Of a stretch of 64,000 bases of DNA, positions 13,479 through 27,938 are shown piece after piece; the stretch's first letter is position 1; every line of letters starts with the position of its first letter. The stretch lies in NCBI RefSeq assembly GCF_009914755.1, contig NC_060941.1. One strand, 5' to 3'. The notes beneath the pieces were generated by a model. It did no database searches. It was not told where the DNA came from and saw nothing but the letters and a program-made list of their open reading frames with translations. Source of the DNA: the human T2T-CHM13v2.0 reference genome, Homo sapiens. The translations under genes and the position numbers were made by a program.

Positions 13479-14998
13479 AGTTACAAAAAGTCTTTTTTTT
13501 TCTCATTTTAGCTGTTTAATTGCCTTTGCATAGAACACAAATCAATTTCTGCATTTTCTCGGTAGTTTCTCTCTGCAATTTCCTGGAAATAGAATCTAGA
13601 GGGGCCTTAGCACCATGGGCTTCTTAGGCTATACTCTAGGGAGTGAGGGCTTCTTTCCTCCTGAAAACTTGGGTCACTCACGGACGTACTGATGTTGATC
13701 CTGCATCCTGAAAGGAGCGTGGAATAAACAATTGCATTTCTGCCAAGCTCCCTTAAAAGAAGAGGAGAGGCTAAATAGGAGTGTTTTCTGTGGCTATGTC
13801 TTTGGTCAGAAATATCAGAAACAGTGAATTTCTTCTGAAGTTCAGCTCTGTCCTCTGTGGCTACAGAGGGGAAGCTTCAGACTGTTTATGAAAGGCGGCC
13901 TGGCTTGCCTCGCAATTTCCTCTATTTTCTTAAAGAAAACAAAAAGAATAAATTATAATGATAAAATACAGATAATCAAAAAGAGGAAAATAAAAGTCAT
14001 CAAAAATATTATTCTGATGTTATTTCTTTCCAACACATTTCCCCTGTGTTTCTATACATGCATGAAATATGTGTCCCTGTAAAAATGTACACATTTCCTC
14101 CCTTTCAGTTACAAACACCAAACAGCATTAGCTGGGTAGGGCCACACCTTGTCTAAGGGATCTGATTGCTTTTACGATGTGACAGCTCCCACAACTTTTC
14201 CTATCCTAATCCCTCAGCTGACTTTGCCCCCCAGCCCCGGTGATTCTGGGCAAGACGGTATTTGTCAGCTCATGTCCAATTTCCTTCCAGCCAGGGCCTC
14301 CTTTGCAACACAGTCTGACCACTCATGTTGTTCAGAAGTCCCACTTTGTGATTTTAAAGTGGCCACATCCTCTCGGTGGGCATTACAAATATCACCTCTT
14401 ACAGAAATTGTCTGGTTCTGCCTCACACAATCAAACAGAAAAAAATGATAAAGCTCATTTGTAACAAACTTATCTGTTATTGGAAATATCGGAGAGCAGA
14501 GTATGCCGGAAAATAGCAGAAACTGTTCACATGCAAACTTTATCTTACAAGATAGTATGGAGATCAGTTTCAGTGAGTGCCTGGATGAACTTAATTGAGT
14601 GTAAGTCAGTAGGGGCAACGTGATCCTGTGTGAGGGGCCAGCTGAGGATTCAAAGTTTGATCGTCTAAGTATGGGAACCATAAGGAAAGTCTCCCAGCCT
14701 CCATCACACCTCTGTGAACAGTTTTAGAGCAACGGCCTTGCGGGGTCTGTGATTAGAGGAGAGAACTCTGGAAAGCACTAACCCAGAGGACATGCCCAGG
14801 ACATCGGCGTTTTTTCTCTGCTTTCTCTCCCGCTCCTTACCTGCCTCCAGCCTCACCCCCTGTTCTCCATTTGAAAAGCAGAGAAGATGAAACCTGTGCC
14901 CTTTCTCTCCTGTAAATTTTGCAAGAATCAGGTGAAAAAGACTCCATGTAAACGAGCCTCGAAAACACTAGAGTAGGATGTAAGTGTAGAGTTATCTC

Positions 14999-15351
14999 TG
15001 TATATCTCTTAGTTTATGCAGGCTGCAATAACAGAATATCAATGCCTGGGTGGCTTGTAAACAGCATATTTTTTTCCTCATAATTCTGGAGGCTGGAAGT
15101 CCTAGATTAAGGTGCCAGCAGATTTAGTGTATGGTGGGGACCAAATTCCTGCGTCTCAGTCTTTTTGCTCTGTCTTCACATGGCAGAAGGGAGTTCTGTG
15201 GGATCCCTTCTTATAAAGGCACTAATATTCACTAGGGCTCCATTCTTATGACCTAATCACCCCCAAAGGCCCCACCTCCTAATGCCATCACCTTGGGAGT
15301 TAGGATTTCAATATATGAATTTAGGAGGACACAAGCATTCAGACGATAGCA
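14999..15351 (-). mobile_element. MaLR LTR (MLT1A-like)
   Basis: ttctggaggctggaagtcc...gacctaatcacccccaaaggcccc...ttcaatatatgaatt. Confidence 0.85.
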
Positions 15352-16242
15352 TTATAATAATGGGAACATTGCTCCATTCCTTGAATCTTTGGTAGTTACA
15401 ACAAAGCCCTGCACAGAGCTTGGAAATAACAGGTGGCTACGGTCCTGTGTCTTCTTTCAGTGGCGAGCTCAGACCATGTGGGGCCTGTTAGCAGGGTCTG
15501 TGCAACACCCTGAGAGACCCTGGAATACCTTCTCCCAGGGAGTGTCTGCTTTCTTTTCTCTCCAGTTTCTCTTCTGTCAAATGGACAATGGACCTTTTTC
15601 CAGCCTGTTTCTTGGGTGCTGAAGATTCATGTGTCACCCCGTGTCAGGCCTCCAGCAGGTCTTTTTTGTAATCTGTTTAAATGGGGATTTCTGAACTATC
15701 CCCGGAGGATGCAGTTCAGAGGAGATTTGATTTCCAGATGAGTCAGCATCAGTCTGGAGACTTGATGGGCTGTGTCGTGCTCCCGGTGGAACAAAGCTCT
15801 GCCGGCAGTAGGCTGGGCGCTCTCGGAGTCTTCCCTTCTACCTGGCGTTTCCCAGCCAGGTTAGAAAGGTGCTTTTGTCTGCTGATGTGGTGACACTGGA
15901 GATCCTTGCCACTTGCAATATAATTTTTAAATTACAATAATGTTCATTGGTGTATTTTATTATTTTAAAAGAAACATATATATAAAAAATAAAGGTAAAA
16001 ATAATCCTGTTGTCCAGAAATAATTTCTATGATTACTTATTTGATGATTAGTACCTTGATGATTAAGCTTTGGTGGTGGTGGTGGGAGGGTCATGGCAGA
16101 AACTGAATTTATACTAGACATATATCATGTAATTTGCTTTTTTCAAATATTTTCTTGTTAGTATATATGTATCTATTGTACCATCTTTAATGGCTGAATA
16201 TTATTTCATTATGTGGGTGTACAAAAATATTCTCTAGATTGA

Positions 16243-16591
<349 letters not shown>

Positions 16592-17290
16592 GGAATATTT
16601 TTAGAACTATGTTGGAACTAGATACTTTTACACAACTTTGATTATATTTTAGTGATAAAGACCTAGAAGCAGTATTGTTGGATCAAGGGATAGGCTTTAA
16701 GAAACATTTTACTCAACTGACATCCTAAAAGATTCAACTAATTTGAACTCAGATGACAGGAATAGAGAGAAGAACAACTACAGGGCAGAAAGGAAAGTCT
16801 GTTTTTGAGTGGTTACAGAATCTCCAGGTGGGCTCTGAGTCAAGGAAAGATGATGGAAGGGGTGGTAGGACCGTTGTGAAGCACCTTCTCTCCTTATTTT
16901 TGGTGGAAGTTAGGATAGATTTTTAACCCAAAACAGCTCTGTGTCAGTTCCCATTAGATTCTGGCATTGAGTTGTCTCATTTTGTTAACATTACTTAGAA
17001 TGTTTAAATTTCTTCATCTTCCTGGGTATTTTAGTGAGAAGGAAGGACAGGCTGCATCAAAATCTGCCATACTCCTTTGGGAACCATACTCCTTACATCT
17101 GCTAGCCATACTCCTTTGGGAACAGATGTCTGTACTTGGGTTAGAATGTTCATGTATATACCTGGCAAAAACTGTCAGCTCTACTGTGATTCTCTCTCCT
17201 TCAACATCTTCAACCAGCCAGGCTGAAAATGTGCTGGTCCCACATAGCCGGTGACTCTGCAAGGCTGACTTCTGATGCAAAACTGTACTA

Positions 17291-17689
17291 TCAGATACCA
17301 CATAATGATGTTTCAGTCAATGATGGACCATATACACGTAAGATTATAATGGAGGTGAAAAGTTCCCTGGCCTAGCGACGTTGTAGGTATCAAAATGGTG
17401 TAGGACAACACATTACCTTTTCTATGTTTACCTTTTCTCTGTTTGGATATATCTAGACACTGCAGAAATATTTACCATTGTGTTTCACTTGCCTTCAGTA
17501 TTCAGTACAGTCACATGCTGCACAGGTTTGTAGCCTGGTAGCAATAGGCTAGACCACAGAAGCTAGGTGTGTAGTAAGTTATACCATCGAGGTTTGTGTA
17601 AGTCACTGTATGATGTGCGTGCAACAATGAAATTGCCCAGCGATGCATGTCTCAGAACATATCCCTGTTGTTAACCATGCATGACCGTA
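17291..17689. mobile_element. Tigger3-family DNA transposon
   Basis: cataatgatgtttcagtcaatgatggacc...ctcagaacatatccctgttgttaa...catgaccgta. Confidence 0.8.
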
Positions 17690-18010
17690 TTCCACTCTTC
17701 AGATTTCATGAAGTGTATTTGTAGATAATCCCTTTATGTGAAATTATCTCATGTGAGTAAAGAGGGGTTGTTTGAAGAAGGGTCCTTGTCATGTTTCTAG
17801 AAATCCTTCTGCTTGTTTCAGAAGCTGCCCTTGGAGAAACAAAAAAAAGGAACTGTGTCATAGGTATCTTTATGTTTCCAGTGCCTAGAACTATACTTGG
17901 AACATGGAAAGTACTCAATAAGCCCCAGTTGGATGTGTTGATCTTCTACACTCTCACCCTTGACACAATACAGTTCAGCATCAGTCATACCAGTTTCTGT
18001 ATTGCTAGCA

Positions 18011-18690
18011 CAGTAGTCCCTCCCTTATCCATGGAGGACACATTCCAAGACCCCTAGTGAATTCCTGAAGCCTCAGGTAGTACTGAACCCTCAATATACT
18101 TAGATTTTTTAAGTGTGGTCACCAAGACAGCTACTAATTGACTTACATGCAGGGAGCATCTACAGTGTGCCTACCTTGGACAAAGGAATAATTCACATCC
18201 TGGGCTGGATGGAAATGGATGATGAGAGATTTTATCACGCTACTCAGCATGGAGTGCAACTGACAACTTGTCAATTGGCCAGGTGCAGTGGCTCACGCCT
18301 GTAATCCCAGCACTTTGGGAGGCCGAGGTGGGTGGATTATCTGAGGTCAGGAGTTCAAGACCAGCCCAGCCAACATGGTGAAACCCTGTCTCTACTAAAA
18401 ATACAAAAATTAGCTGGGCATGGTGGCGGGCTCCTGTAATCCCAGCTACTCGGGAGGCTGAGGCAGGAGAATCACTTGAATTCGGGAGTTGGAGGTTGGA
18501 GAGAGTGGAGATCCGCCCCTGCACTCCAAACCAGGTGACAGAGTGAGACTCTGTCTCAAAAAAAAAAAAAAGAAAGAAAAGAAAAAAAGAAAACTTGTCA
18601 ATTGTTTTTTTCCGGAATTTTTCATTTAATATTTTCGGACCACGGTCGACCATGGGTAACTGAAACCTTGGAAGCTGAAACGGTGGGAAG
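18011..18690. mobile_element. MER44-type element interrupted by AluSx (18277-18593, +)
   Basis: cagtagtccctcccttatcc terminus; Alu TSD aacttgtcaatt. Confidence 0.85.
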
Positions 18691-18833
18691 TGAAATTGAG
18701 GACAAGGGTAGACTCCTGTAGCACACACCCCATTCTCTCAGGCCTGTGTGCCTCTAGAAAGCCCAACTCAAGCACTAAGCCCCCCGTGAGCACACCACCA
18801 CAAGCAAGGGACTTGCCGTTTCAAATGCCTGGA

Positions 18834-19185
18834 ACAGCTATTTTCAAAGTGTGGTCTGGGGACCTCTGGGGCTTTCTGAAACCCTTTTAGAGTCTTGAGG
18901 TTAAAGCTGTTTTTATAATACTACTGAGAAGTCATTTTCCTATTTCACTCTCATCTCTCATGAGTCTACAGTGGAACTTTCTAGAGGCTAATAAAGTGTG
19001 ATGATGTCATTCTTCTAGTGTTAATGCAATGTGTCACTGTATATTCTTGCATTTTTTAAATTTCTCAGTTTTTAGTTCTAATGTGATAAATATCAGTAGA
19101 CATAATGCATGATCAATGGCTTTTTGGTGTCCTCAATAATTTTTAAGAGTGTAAAGTCCCAATGCCAGAAACTTTGAGAACTTCT
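18834..19185. mobile_element. hAT-Charlie non-autonomous element (MER119-like)
   Basis: ttttcaaagtgtggtctggggacc...actttgagaac ends. Confidence 0.65.
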
Positions 19186-19649
19186 GGCCTTGAATCACAC
19201 TTCCCAGATCAGGGGGTTCTTATCCAGGAATGAGAGGGAAATGGCCCTATTTCTCAATTTCCTGATTTACTCATTCAGTACATATTTTACCAAGTTTCTA
19301 TTTGCGACCAGACACTGTGCTCAGCCCCAGGGCAACAGTATTAAACAAGATGGAGGGTTGATCCCAGTCTTGTGGTTGAGAGAGATAATAAGGGAAGGCA
19401 CCCCCAAGGCACAGATGCCTATGATACAATCTCAAAGAAGAGTGAGAGCCAGTTAAACAGGAAAGGGTCAAGGTCCTTGGGCAGGAGCGTCATGGCGCTC
19501 TTAAGGAGTTGAAAGAAGGCTGCAGTGACTGTTCTAGAGGAGCATGTGGTTCTTGAGATGAGGCTGGAGAGGCCTGCAAAGAACACAGGGCCTGTGGAGC
19601 TGGGAAAAGGTCTGGGTCTTGATGTCAGGCAATGTCCAAGGGCAATGAA

Positions 19650-19975
19650 GGGTTTTTTTATTTACTTATTTTCAGTTGGGATAAAATGTACAAATAAAAT
19701 ATGTCATTTTAACCATTTTAAGTGTACAATTCAGTAACATTAAGTACATTCACACTCTTGTGCAACCATCACCATCCATTCCAGAGCTGCTTCTCATCCC
19801 CAATTGAAACCATTAAATACTAACTCCTCATTCCCTCCTCCCTCCGGTTCCTGGTAGTCACTGTTGTATGTTCTGTCTCTATGAATTTAAGTATTCTAGG
19901 TCTCACAGAGAAGTGGAATCTCATAGAATTCATCCTCTTGTGTCTTATTTCACTTAGCCTAATGCAGTAAAAGGT
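19650..19975 (-). mobile_element. L1MB-like 3' end
   Basis: accattttaagtgtacaattcagt...cttatttcacttagc. Confidence 0.8.
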
Positions 19976-20649
19976 TTTCAAGCCCAAAAGGATATTGGAG
20001 AAATACCTCAATGAGAGAGATGGGCACTGCTATCTCAATGTCTGTCCTCTTCCTTGCCTTCTTTGGATACTAATCAGGTTTGTATAGTAGCAGCCAGTTT
20101 CATTCTTCCCTCTCTCACCTGAAGACCAGGCTCCAGCTGCCTTCAAGAACACTCCGTTGGTTCTCAGCATTCAGAAGGAGCCATGTCATCCTCTTAAAGG
20201 GAACAATGAGGGGAGTGGTCAGAGATCATTTCAGACTCAGCCTTCCAGGTCTGTGAAAACCATATAATAAACTTAAAAATAATAATAATTTTAAAAACCC
20301 AGCTTGGAGTGGCCAGGACCTGAGAAGAGAGAGTGGTGATATTATTTCAGCTCAGCCGTGGGTGCTGGACACTGGCTTCTTTCATCTATGGGCCCTCCTG
20401 TGGCTGAACACTAAGGCTGTACTGACCACGCAGCAGTGACCATGAAGAGGAACTGGGAGTCAGTGAGGTGCACGCCTGGCTTTCATCTTTCCCCGACATC
20501 TTCTTCAGGGGGTCCTACTTTAACAAGAATCTATTCCTCCTGTTTAATTGATAGGAGCTTGAGACTGATTGATTGCTTTTAGAAATTTTAACCATCATAG
20601 GAAAAATAAAGAAGAAGTCAAATGCTGAGAATGGACCCTAATCTCTTAG

Positions 20650-20835
20650 AGCAGGGATTGTCAAACTTGGGTATGCAAATGCATCGCCTAGAACCCCTTT
20701 AAACATCTTATCTGGGTCTTACCCCCAGAATTTCTGATTCAATAGCTCCAAGATGGGGCCCTGGACTTGGCATTTCTAACAAGTCCCAGATGATGTTGAT
20801 GCTGCTGGTACTGGGACTGCATTTTGAAAACCACT
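20650..20835. mobile_element. MER5A (similar MER5 copies at ~24350-24472, 27970-28085, 28440-28570, 37735-37860, 38875-39040, 49240-49515)
   Basis: ccccagaatttctgattc...gcatttctaacaagtccc motif. Confidence 0.75.
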
Positions 20836-21859
20836 CCGTCAGGGACAGGCAGGAATTTAGAGAGACCCTTTAGAAAGCACATTTTCCTGCCTACATTGTT
20901 CTTCCCACGCATGTCAGCCTGGTAAGGGGCGGGGACTCCAGGCCCATCATAGGATGTCTTTTCTGATTTTCTGGCTTACTGAGTAAAAGTCACCTCTCCC
21001 TCACAAATGACCCACGTGACTGTCATGTTTCCACCCGCCTTCTGCTTTCTGGAGGGAGGGACCAGCAGTCTCCTACGGATCTTTTGAATGATGAAATGGA
21101 ACCCTTCACCCTTTTATCTGTCTGCCAGCCCTGAAGAGCTCTGTGAAGACCCATTTATTGAATCTGCTGAGGTTTAGTCCCTCTGGGTTTGAAGACACCA
21201 AAGTCTGTTGGTCCCAGGGTCATTCATTATTGGGAAGCAGAGTCATTGTCCCCTCAGTCAGCCAAGTTTTCACCTCATACTTCACAGGATGAGCAGTTAA
21301 GGGAAGAAAGCTTTCATCCTTAATTGCAAATGATTCAAATTGTTGGGTCAATGAGCTCCTGTCTCTTCTGAGGAGTGGTAAAGACATTCGACCTCTGGAC
21401 AGGGACATAGGATGTAATCACTTCCTCCTCCTACAGCTGTCATTTCTCTGTGTTATCTCAGCACTCTGGCAGAAGAGCTGGTTTGTAAGAGGAATAGCAG
21501 AGAAGGCCAGCTAGCTCGGCACAGAGGAGGCCGTGTAAGACAAAGAACCTCAATATGCTCCCCTCTTCCACCTCCCAGACACCTTGCCAATTGCAGATCA
21601 GCATTCATGAGGCTTTTCTGAGCCAGGTCTGACAACGGATCAAACCACACTCAAGTAATGCCATCATCTTTCCGGGCAAGATGACTGCCCTTGCTGTAAT
21701 AACAGCTAACACAATCATTTCACCTAACATGTATTGAGTAGTACTTAGAACACGGGCTATATATTTTGTGGACGTTGCATTACACAGCTTATTTCTCATC
21801 ATGACGTACATGCTATAATGAGATCCATGTTTCAGAGGAGGAAACTCATTCTGCAATGG

Positions 21860-22615
<756 letters not shown>

Positions 22616-24040
22616 CGCATGGGAGTCTGGAGTTTTCAGTAACTTGCCACACAGGAAGGCCACACAGCTGGTAGGCAGCAGGTGCTTGAGATTTCAGCCC
22701 AAGCAGTGGGATGGAGTTCTGAAACTCAATCCTATACTGCCCCTGAACACTGGTTTCTCCCAGCAGCCCTCTTGTTTTCTGAGCTCACATTTCTGTCTTC
22801 CATTTACCTGTGGAGTTAGCTAAACCTGTGCTTCAGGGTCAGAAATCCTACCTCATATGTAAGTTCCCAGAGTGTCTGCCTCCGTCTTTTCTGCAGCCAC
22901 AGCTCTGCCAAGAACAGAAATGTCCTTGGCCCTGGGTGGTCCTTCTCCTTACCTCCACCCTCACCCTCACCTCTTCAATCTCCTACGGTTTCATGCCAGA
23001 GTTGAGAGAAGACCCTGAAACCTGAGTGTGATCTCTATTGAGGTCCCTAATGACAGCAAGACATCCTACCTGGCAACATTTTATCAACCTTAGAAAAATG
23101 CCCCCATCCATTGGTACTAATTAGCCTTTCCTGCTATAACACAAGTGAGTCAAGGTTCCCGGGAAAGACAGACAACAGAAAAACAGGAGCTGTCTGTGAA
23201 GGATCTGTGCAGTTCAACACAGGCCACTTATCTCAAAAGCAGTGCATTTTGTAACCATAAATGAAAAATCTGTTTTTAACTTAAAAAGTATATGTACAAA
23301 GGGCATTATCAGAGATCTCCCAGCATGCTCATCTGTCATCAAAAAGAGATGAAGACCAATTTGGCGTATTCTAGATTCTGTCTTTTCTAGGGATTGAGAT
23401 GTGGACATATAGAGTCTAAATACTTTCTGATATCTGCTTGAATGCCAGATGGCAACTGCATTCCTGACCTCTGGGGAATGCAAAGTCTGTCTGAAGCCCA
23501 AGGAGAGCTCAGAGCATCAAAGATCCTGAGGCAGGTACTAAGGAGGTGCCTCCAAGGAGGTAGGACTGAGTCATGACCTAGTCTCCAAGTTTGATTTCAG
23601 GGGGAAGGAAGGAGACAAAGGGACGTGAGGACTCAGAAGGCACGAAACCAAGTGCTTTGTAGTTTCTGTGCCTTTTGATTTTTATAACAACCGTGTGAAG
23701 TCAGTAACACTGTCTTCATTTCAAGAGTAAGAAGGCTGAGACTCAAAACAGTCAGATTTCTCGAGGTCACAGTGAGGAATTTCTGGCCTTCACCTGGCTT
23801 CTGGTTATCATTCAGGGTTCATTTGCAATGTCTCTTCCTTGAAGGGCCTTCTCTGTCTAGCTCACGAGCCCACACCTGCCTCTTTACCTTCCAGGTCATT
23901 CTCTGTAATATTATTCTACTCTCTTGTCTCCAAAGTAGTCACCATCATTTAACACTTTGTAGTTCTTTATTTGTTTTCTTGTTTATTTTCTACCTGCTCA
24001 CCATGAAATACAAGCTGATGAGCAATCAAAAATGTGAATT

Positions 24041-24333
24041 GGCCGAGTGTGGTAGCTCACGCCTATAATCCCAACACTTTGGGAGGCAGAGGTGGGTGGA
24101 TCACCTGAGGTCAGGAGTTCAAGACCAGCCTGACCAATACGGTGACACCCTGCCTCTACTAAAAATACAAAAATTAGTTGGGCATGGTGGCGGGTGCCTG
24201 TAGTCCTAGCTACTTGGGAAGCTGAGAGAGGAGAATTGCTTGAACCCGGGAGGCGAGGGGTTGCACTGAGCTGAGATCGTGTCACTGTACTCCAGCTTGG
24301 GCAACAGAAGGAGACTCCGCCTCAAAAAAAAAA
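24041..24333 (+). mobile_element. AluSx-like
   Basis: Full dimer; TSD aaaatgtga. Confidence 0.95.
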
Positions 24334-24986
24334 TGTGAGGGTATATAAACTCTGAGCCCATCTCCAGAATTTCTGATTCGGCAGGTCTGGGCCAGGGCCA
24401 AATGTCAAAAAGTTTCTAACATTTTCCCATTTCTGTTAATGCTGCTGGTCTGGGAACGGCACTTTGAGAACTAGGGCCCTAGGATGCATAAGATACAAAG
24501 AAACATTGATAAAGATAAAAAGTCATAATGACCTTCACTTTCTAGTTCACTGCTGTGTTCCCACACCTGGGCTCTGGACAGTACCTAGCAGGTATTCAAC
24601 AAATGGCTTTTGAATAAATTAATGAGTGAAATACTGAAATATGAATTAGGTCTGTGACACCAGAGACCATGTCTTTTTCCTCTGCAGAAGCCCAGAACTT
24701 TTTCCCAGTTCTCAGATCTTGACCATCACATACCTGATGGTCAATGGAAAAGAAGACCCCAGATGGCCTGGTGCAATGCCCTTCAGATAGAAAGACTGCT
24801 GTTATCCCATACAAAACATGGTATTAGTCCTTTCCAAGTAGGTTCTGATTAGGTACAAGGAACCAGGCATGCTATCTTCATTTCTTTGCAAGAGATCCAG
24901 AAAATATGTCCCATTGCATGAAACTAGAGAGGGTTTGAAATCAGACCCTTTGGGAATATTACAACAGTGGCCCCCATCTCTAGCTC

Positions 24987-25984
24987 TGATGGCAGTGGCT
25001 GCTGCCATCATGCCGGCTGTAGCAGGGAAGTACATCTGGGGCTGCACACTCCATGGAGCCAGCGGGAGCCCTGCCCTTCTGCGTTGGGTTGGGAGCTTCC
25101 TGTGCCACTGCAGCCGCCCAAAACGCAGCTGCAGACCCAGGCCTCCTGCTCTACAGAGTAAGCTGCCCAAACTGTAGTTGTGGATCAGAGCCTCCCTGTG
25201 CTCTTGGGGGAGCCAGGAACAGGCAGGATCTGCCTTCCCAGGTGCTCTGGGCCTCCTGCTCCAGGAAGCAGGCAGGAGCCAGGGACAAGCAGGAGCCCTG
25301 CCCCTTCCAGGTTGGCGAGGCAAGAGCTCCTGGGTGCAGCTGCGGCACAGGACCCAGGCATCTCTGCAGGCTGCATCCTTGGGTCTCCAGAAAGGACCCA
25401 TTCCCCCACCTTACCCTCTCCCTGCCCCCCATCCCTGCAAGCTCTGCAGTGCCCGCTCCACTGCCTGGCCTCTCTCCCCTTCCAGAGCCTGCTCTGATCT
25501 CCCAGGGGGAATTGGGGCTGAGCCCCAGGGCCATGAATGGCAGCAGGAGGCAGATTGATTCCTGGCCAGAAGGGGCCAGGTCCCAGTAAGGCCCCACCTT
25601 CCGGCCAGGGAGGGCCTCTTCCAGAGTACCCTCTCTGCGGATAGCTGGAGACGATGGGACAACCAGCTGCAGAGAGGAGCTACCCTTTCCGCTGAGACCT
25701 TTAGAGACCTGCAGAGATGTTGGAATGACTTGCCTTTGGAAAGGAGCCATCCTCTCCTGGGTCTCCTCTCTGCTAAGAGTTGAACACTCAACTTGACGAC
25801 CAGCCTACAGAGAGGAGATACCCACTCCTCTGAGCTGTTCTAATACTAAATAAAATTTTTGTTCATCCTTCAGTTGTCTGCCTACCTCATTCTTCCTGAA
25901 CGCAGGACAAAAAACTCGGGCAAAGGCACTGTGGCCACAGAGGTTTCTGGCCAGAAAAATCGACATCCCAGAGATCCCATAACA
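24987..25984 (+). mobile_element. Solo ERV1 LTR (LTR28/MER52 group)
   Basis: TGATGGCAG...gatcccataaCA ends, GC-rich body, repeated agagaggagctaccc motifs, imperfect 4-bp TSD gctc/tctc. Confidence 0.85.
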
Positions 25985-26920
25985 TCTCCACTTGGCTCCC
26001 CTGCTGGCCCTGTTCAGAAACCTTAGTTGTGTTATTATTGATTGAGAGAAGGGGAGTGAGAACTCAATTCCCTCTGCCAGATTTGATCCCAGACTCTTTC
26101 CCTGTGAACCGATGAAATCCACAGCTGGTAGTAATCTCTCCTGCCTCAAAACTCCCCTGACATTTTATCTGTAACCCTCCTAAACCACTTATTTCCTAGG
26201 TTTCACTATAATTATTCATTGTGTGCCTCATCTCCCCTGCTGTTCTATGGCCTTCTCATAGACAATGACAGGGTCTTAATCATCTCTGTGCATGCCCCAA
26301 ATTTAGAACACAGCCTCAGATGCTGAATGAATGAAAGAAAGAATGAATAATACAAACGGGAAGAAAGCAAAGAGGAACTTGCAAAGAGAACTGAGATGCC
26401 ATGGGTATGATGATTTACTCTTTGTTAGGAAGTTATTTCAAGAGTACATCATGGTGAAGCATTCAAAACTTGCGTCTAGCATACAGTTGGTGCTCAATAA
26501 ATGTTTACAAAAGAAAGGCTGGAATTCATCTATTGTTCTACATTTCTGACTGATATGGCCTCATCTCAAAAAAAATATATATCTGGAAAGTATTTTCTGA
26601 GTTGTTTTTCCTATAGGTGGATGTTGGAGATTTGACTTCAAACCCTGGGTTCACTTGGGCTGTGTAGGTCTTTGAGGTGTTAGTCCCTGGACTAGCTGAA
26701 ATTTAACTGGACCCTAGGGATGAAGTCCTCATTTAAAGAGTGGTCACCAGTTGCTTCGAACTTGCTTCATCGCCCAGGAGGGCTCCTTCTCCCCTCCCAG
26801 ACATAACTTCCTTGATTAAGAAGCCACACATCTGCCTTGGAACACTAAAGCGGTCACCTTCCAAGGCCTTGGTCTTAGGGTGCAGGACTACTGGAAGAAA
26901 CATTTAGAAATAGAAAATCA

Positions 26921-27553
<633 letters not shown>

Positions 27554-27596
27554 AAAACCAGGCTGTCATAAATGTTCCTAGCTTCAATACATGTTT

Positions 27597-27597
27597 C

Positions 27598-27632
<35 letters not shown>

Positions 27633-27938
27633 GTTGTTGTTGTTGTTGTTTGAGATGGAGTTTCAGTCTTGTTGCCCAGCTGGAGTGCAATGGCACGATC
27701 TCGGCTCACCAGAACCTTTACCTCCCAGGTTCAACCAATTCTCCTGCCTCAGCCTCCTGAGTAGCTGGGATTACAGGCATGCGCCATGCGCCACCACACC
27801 AGGCTAATTTTGTATTTTTAGTAGAGATGGAGTTTCTCCATGTTGGTCAGGCTGGTCTCGAACTCCCAACCTCAGGTGATCCACCCGCCTCGGCCTCCCA
27901 AAGTGCTGGGATTACAGGTATGAGCCACCGGCCTGGCC
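27597..27938 (-). mobile_element. AluSp/Sq-like with (TTG)n tail microsatellite (27597-27650)
   Basis: Full dimer; about 17 TTG units with one interruption. Confidence 0.93.

Noticed and set aside
24802-25791. Many overlapping 100-199 aa ORFs
   Set aside because: They lie within a GC-rich solo LTR; stop-poor composition explains them
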